A stretch of 64,000 nucleotides of DNA from Amoebidium appalachense (taxonomy: Eukaryota; Protista; Ichthyosporea), in contig CAVNZM010000002.1 in assembly GCA_963693365.1 (NCBI GenBank), forward strand, positions 3,550,259 to 3,614,258, read 5' to 3'. Positions 53,710-64,000 of this stretch are shown piece by piece. Both the position numbers and the translations under genes were made by a program. How positions within the stretch are numbered: position 1 is the stretch's first letter; each line of letters opens with the position of its first letter. Under the pieces are notes generated by a model. That model was not told the origin of the DNA, searched no databases, and saw nothing but the letters and a program-made list of their open reading frames with translations.

Positions 53710-54576
53710 TCACCCATACCACAGCAGTTCTTCCCCTTTCTTGACCGCACACCTCGTATACAGCCCAACCAGTCCACACTCAAGCGCCACCGACCGACAA
53801 TTTGCATCCTCCTCCCTCTCCACCGCCCTTATGCTTCCATATTCGGCAATACACCGCCCTTTTCCTGGCACCCCATTGGGTAGAAACATGCGGCTAAAAC
53901 ATAAATTCCTGCTCGTTGAAATTTCCGGATCAGTCCCCGGCCCCGGTAGAATTTCATGGTCCCTATGGTCTGTGTCTGAACAATTTCTCGACGTCGGGCG
54001 GACGGTGCCGGCGCGCGTCAAAATCCCCAAAAATCCATTTACCGGTAAATCCTTAGAGAATAACAGGTTTTTTTCGTTGTCGCGGTTCAACAGCTGCACG
54101 TTACACAATTCGAGGGTCCGTTTTGGGGGGTTTTCGGATTTTTCGGCTTCGATTAATGCGTTGCAGAGGCCCTTGTGGGTATCGTTCTGGTCGGAAATTC
54201 TTTCACCGGAATTACAACTGCAAAATCCGACTATCACACACCCCTCAAACTGCACCTCCCTGTGCAAGAACTTGAACTTCGTGCTCCAGTAATTTACCCG
54301 GGATTTCGGCTCGTTTTTCCTTCTTTCCTCACACCGGGCGCGCCACTGCCGCACACACTCGTCCCTCAGCGCCAAATACGCCGGATCCTCTTTCAAATTC
54401 CGCAAATCTGGGTGCCTCAAAAGCGAATTTTCGTGTATGGGTTTCCACTCCCTCTCGGGGCTATCTTCAAACTGTATGAGTAGCCAGTCGCTGTGCACGT
54501 CTGTGGTGTGCTCTGACGTCATAAATACCTGCAGCCCAAGGAGGGATTCGGCAAGCGGCCAAACATCGGTCGACAT
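53710..54576 (-). CDS. Intronless ~288-aa protein with chromo-like N-terminus and degenerate SET-like C-terminus
   Basis: ATG at 54576 (MSTDVWPLAESLLG...). WLLIQFEDSPEREWKPIHEN is chromo-like. ANC...LYTRCAVKKGEELLWYG matches the SET GEELxxxY signature. The upstream part of the listed ORF is microsatellite. Confidence 0.65.
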   Translation of the reverse strand: MSTDVWPLAESLLGLQVFMTSEHTTDVHSDWLLIQFEDSPEREWKPIHENSLLRHPDLRNLKEDPAYLALRDECVRQWRARCEERRKNEPKSRVNYWSTKFKFLHREVQFEGCVIVGFCSCNSGERISDQNDTHKGLCNALIEAEKSENPPKRTLELCNVQLLNRDNEKNLLFSKDLPVNGFLGILTRAGTVRPTSRNCSDTDHRDHEILPGPGTDPEISTSRNLCFSRMFLPNGVPGKGRCIAEYGSIRAVEREEDANCRSVALECGLVGLYTRCAVKKGEELLWYG

Positions 54577-54834
54577 TTTCCAAGCCAAAAGCGGAAATGG
54601 ACAGGGCCGAAGAGGAAGACGAGAAAGGAGGGGGGAGGGGGGCGGAGGGGACGGTATATGAAGGATAGGGTAAGAATGTGAGGGTAGAAAGAGTGCAGTG
54701 TTCAAGAGATGGGGGGGGGGGTGATGGGAAGAAGGGGAAAAGGGGGTTGTAGGGGAGGCGATGGGAATAACAAGAGACAGGGAGAGAGCAGGGGGAAGGG
54801 GAGGAGGGAGGAAGGGGGGGGGGGGGGGGGGGGG

Positions 54835-54892
<58 letters not shown>

Positions 54893-56051
54893 AGAGAGGG
54901 AGAGGAAGGAAATGGGAGAGAGAAGAGGCGGGGGGGGGGGGAGAGAGAGAGAGGGAGAGATATGGATGGAGAGAGAGGAAGAGGGGGGGGAGAGAAGGAG
55001 GGAGAGAAAGGGGGGGGGGGGGGGGGGGGATGGGGGGAGAAGGAACAGAGAGAAAGAGAAAAGGGGAGGAGAGAGGGGGGGAGCGTATCAAAAAAAAAAC
55101 GACAACTTGTCGGAACGACAACCAGGCAAAAAGAGTGAAAAAAAAAGATTTGGGCAAAGAGTATAGGAAGGAGGTTGCTTGGCTGTGTGGTGATTGCCCA
55201 CGTACACAACGTGCGTTATCATTTGTGTGAGTGAAATACTACGTGTGTATATATGTTTCTGTATGTGGGTGCTGAGTAAGTTTTTTTGTGGGGTGCTTCC
55301 AACGGGAAAGGTCTAAGGGCTCCCACTTCACCACACTCGCGCACACAAAAGTGCGTGGGTTATGCTGGACGTGTAGTGAGCTGTTTCAAGTTAACAGACG
55401 CCGGCGGCAAACAAAAAACATGCGTAGGCGGAATAACTGTCGGTATAACTACAAAAACAATCTGACCTTTTAATTTACAGATATCATATCGCAGTGTGCT
55501 TTATGCGTTCTAACCATCCTTTGTAGTTTAGTCAACACGTGTTTGCTTGTGTTTGCTTGTGTTTGCTTGTGTTGTGCAACCCGCGTTCATGGAGTCAGGG
55601 CGATTGGCGCCATGGCCAAAAATCAAGATACCCTGTACACTTATACTTTATTTACCTGTAGCTTTCACCAAAGCAGTGTGCGTCATTCACTAGGTATAAA
55701 CACGCTTGGGATTTTATTCCTTCCTTACTTATCCAAGAGGCTTTTCGAACAAAGTCGGAGCGAACTCTGTTGACCATCCAGAGAACATGAAGACAAGACA
55801 CGCGTTTTTAGGCTGTCGTCAACAAGATTAAGCGCAAAAGAGAACGATCTTGACGCCTTAGCACAAGTTGCACCTTAATTTTAGTGCTGAAAACGATAGT
55901 TACTCCAATGTCACTAGACTAAGGAAGTAACAACCATATACCCCTTCGAGGGTAGAAATACAAGCACATGTTCTCTCTCCCTCCTCTTACCTCATGATTT
56001 CAACCACCAACTCACTGAATCTATCGGAGACCCCTACAACATTTAGTAAAC

Positions 56052-56372
56052 ATGTCACAGAAAAACACAGCACATTGTGTGCTGGTAGAGCTACCGGAGG
56101 GTAGGGTGAGCGGAGGGAAGAGGGTGGCTATGTGTTCTGCAGACGGCAGGATGGAACAACATGAAACGTTGGTGGCGGCAAGACAAGCGCATCCACACGC
56201 CAAGGTATGGCGTGTGCCTGCCAGCATGTGTTTGTTGTGTGCGTGTATGTGTTGGGAGGAAGGGAAAGAGGATCTGGTCTCTGGAACGGTGTTGCTTGGG
56301 AGACGGGGTGCTCTCGGGGGCGGGATGTGGTGAGGATGGGGTGGAGATGGGTTTTGGGGGGGGGGGGGGGGG

Positions 56373-56410
<38 letters not shown>

Positions 56411-56754
56411 AAGAGGGGGAGGAAGGGGGGGGGGGGGGGGGGGAGAGGCTGGTCGCTGAAAAGGTGATGTGATGGAATTCGTGCATGCCTGTGCTTGTGT
56501 GGGTGTTTTGTGTGTGGCTCGGTGTCTGTCCATGTGCAGGTGTTACTGTGTGTCTGTGGGTCTGGGGGCACGCCAAGTTACGAAGTGTTCCACAGGTGTA
56601 TACACGTGTATGTGTGTTTGTGTGTGCATGCACATGGGCCTGGGTGTTATGTATATGCCTTGCTCGCCTCACCTTCTCTGTTTTATTTGCACCTTTTTCT
56701 CAGCAATACACACACTTGCGATCAGCCGGCAATTCATATAAGAGAATAGGATAA
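56052..56754 (+). other. Possible small spliced gene fragment
   Basis: Coding-like segment 56052-56203 ends at an AG|GTATGG donor; possible acceptor near 56703; no recognisable homology. Confidence 0.25.
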
Positions 56755-57200
56755 TGGCAGTATAGATCTTACAGCAACTACGACCTGAATATTTGCCTGT
56801 TTGTTGAATCAACGGTATCCGTATGATGGGTGAAATGCACGAAATTCTTTTAGTACCCAGGGGGAGGAGGAGGTAAAATGGGTGGGTGGGCGGGCGGTGG
56901 TGGTGGTGATGGTGGTGGTGATGGTGGTGGTGGTGGTGGCGGCAGTGCCGGTGGTGGTGGTGTATGTGGTGTGTGTGTGTGTGTGTTGGGGGGGGTGGGA
57001 GGGGGAGGGGGGGGGGGGGGCATGGAGGGTGGGATGGGGGGAGGGGAAGAGGGGGGGGGGGGGGGGGGGAGGGGCGGGAGGGGGGATGGTCACCCCTCTC
57101 CCTCCTGCTTACTAACATCCAGCATAAGTATCATTCACATGTAGGCTGTTATCCCCCCCCCCCCCCCCCCCCTTTTAACCCCCGGCCTTTCTCACTGCCC

Positions 57201-57447
57201 TTGCCTGCATAAGCCTGCCTGCTCGTCTCTGATCAAGACGGGTGACCTACTCATGTTCAAGTGAAACAGTATCTGAGTTGGGTTTCGTTAACGAGGGGAA
57301 TAGGTCGAAACTCGGGTACTGTGGATGACGTGGGCCCCCCCTGAGGATGGGCTCTGCTTATTGTGCATACTCTTTATGTATGGCTTGCATTCTGCATCGT
57401 GTTATCCGTTTGTTCTTGTGTACTTCGTACTTTTTGACGCATTCAAA
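57201..57447 (+). mobile_element. Long subfamily B copy of the structured element
   Basis: Nearly identical to 19513-19760; ends in GCATTCAAA followed by poly-C. Confidence 0.85.
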
Positions 57448-58140
57448 CCCCCCCCCCCCCCCCCCCCCTCCTCCCCACCCCGTTCCCCTGTTGTTTAACT
57501 ACAGGTTTGGTTTCTAGTGTTTGTCTTTTTGTGACTTTTTGAAATTTTTTTTAAATGTCACCTCCACAAGTCTAACTCTCTAATATATCTTCCCCCCCCC
57601 CCCCCCCCCCCAACTCCTCACCCATGACTCCAACTAGCCATAAAAAGACAAATTATGAGCACAATCATTTACATATTAATATACCTAAATATATGTATAC
57701 ACCATTATCTATATTTATTTAATTTTAATTGTTGTTTTATATTGATTCGCAGCATCCTCCCTCTGAGTGTGTTCACGACCATACCCTCCTCCCCTGCATC
57801 TTCCAAGACCGTGTGCTTTGTCCCACCCAGACTTCCTTCGACCCGTCGGTTCCCCAGCCGGAGCTTGAAATTTTCTACGGCATAAAGATGCTGTTGTAAG
57901 TGAATGTGTTAACCCCACAAGTTTGGTAAATTCTTTCTTTCTTTCTTTTTTTCTTTTCCCCCCACCCATTGTTCTAAATAATTTTTATTTCATGTTTTTG
58001 CTCTTTCTAAACTTTTTTGGGCGGTCGTGGTGGTGGTGGTGGTGGTGGTGGCGGCGGCGGGGTGATGGTGGGGTGGGTGCGTGCGTGTGGGGGGGGTGGT
58101 CCGGGGGGGGAATCAAGTTGCAGGCGGGCTGGGGGTGTTT

Positions 58141-58171
<31 letters not shown>

Positions 58172-58683
58172 GGAGGGAGGGAGGGGGAGGGGGGAGTAAT
58201 TGTTTGTTTTTCTGTGCAATGGGTGGGAAGAACTTTTAGGACGGGGTTTGGTAAAGCAGTTGCGTTGTAGTATGCCTGCCAATAGGTATTCACACTCACC
58301 CAATAGGTTAATCCCCCCCCCCCTCCCCCCCCCCCTCCCCTGGCCCTTCCCACTCCAGGCTACCCCTCCCTCCGCACACACACACAGACCCATCCCCCCG
58401 CCCGACACACCCATACCCTTCCCTCACTTCTACATACAAACACACAACCCCCTCCCTCTACACCCCCGTGTGCACACACACACATATTCTTTCCCCCTTT
58501 CTACAGCACGGAGACACACAGTTAGACATGCACAAACACACACGCACACAGTTCCCTTTCTTCTGTACACAACCAAACACACACAACATCCCTTCACTTC
58601 CACACACACACACACACTATACACACACACACCCCATCCCCTCCAGTCCACACACACACACACACTGTTCTTCTGTCCCTTCT

Positions 58684-58729
<46 letters not shown>

Positions 58730-58779
58730 CACACGCACACGCACACGCACACGCACACGCACACACGTACACACACACG

Positions 58780-58834
<55 letters not shown>

Positions 58835-58896
58835 GCACATGCACACGCACACGCACACGCACACGCACACGCACACGCGTACACACACACGCACAC

Positions 58897-58956
<60 letters not shown>

Positions 58957-59221
58957 TTCCCCGCCTCCTGTACACAACGGCACACGCGCAACATCCTCTC
59001 CCATCCACACACACACACACTCTCTCTCTATTTACACACACACACATCATCATCCCCTCCCGTCTATACACGCACTCTCTTTTCTTCCGTACCCTCCTCC
59101 ACACACACACACACACACACACATCTCGATACCTCCCCCCAGCCAAACAACCACCAGGGCAATCAAGCACAAAACCGACCCCAAAGACACCAAAAAGAAA
59201 CCCCAATCCGGCACCCAAACA

Positions 59222-63667
<4,446 letters not shown>

Positions 63668-63682
63668 CAGTCATAAACCCGG

Positions 63683-63733
63683 AGGTGGGGGCATTAAGTA
63701 GGTGGGCGCATTTAGGAGGTGGGCGCATTTAGA
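63683..63733. repeat. 3x 17-bp tandem AGGTGGGCGCATTTAGG
   Basis: Units at 63683, 63700 and 63717. Confidence 0.85.
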
Positions 63734-63922
63734 CGAAAGCACATACCGGGAGAGGAATTCTCTGGGGGTTAGGTGCCTCATGGAGGGGTAAGGCGGCGTG
63801 TGGAAAGAAAGGGAGGGGGAGGGAGGGAGGAAGGGGTTAGACGGCTAAGAGGAAGTGAGAACGGCTCCCTTCTTACAATATCCCAAAAAAAAGGTTTGTA
63901 TGCATGCACTGACACACAAGGA

Positions 63923-63962
<40 letters not shown>

Positions 63963-64000
63963 TCCCCAAGTCATCAGAAGACAGAGAATTGAATTTGTAC

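Overview
Eukaryotic genomic DNA with extreme simple-sequence content (poly-C/poly-G, (CA)n/(TG)n, (CT)n) and GT-AG intron-rich genes; almost all long ORFs in the supplied track are microsatellite artefacts. The organism is probably a unicellular eukaryote (inference only). By hand-splicing I recover four well-supported + strand genes: a small CBM48 protein, a two-RRM protein, a eukaryotic-type arginine deiminase and a PUS3/DEG1 tRNA pseudouridine synthase. There is also a divergent pair of unusual genes near the right end: an intronless chromo-like + SET-like ORF, and an acidic protein. Mobile DNA includes a 2.57-kb TIR element with a 6-bp TSD, a 2.99-kb composite copia-type TRIM with four LTRs that carries a foreign PPT-LTR-PBS cassette, a LINE 3' fragment with a (CA)n tail and a foldback element. 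The most intriguing signal is a ~250-280 bp dispersed element (about 9 copies, all + strand, mostly intronic, at poly-C tracts, one with a matching empty site). Its two subfamilies share a covarying multi-stem RNA fold that contains the three hammerhead-ribozyme core strands in a non-canonical order.
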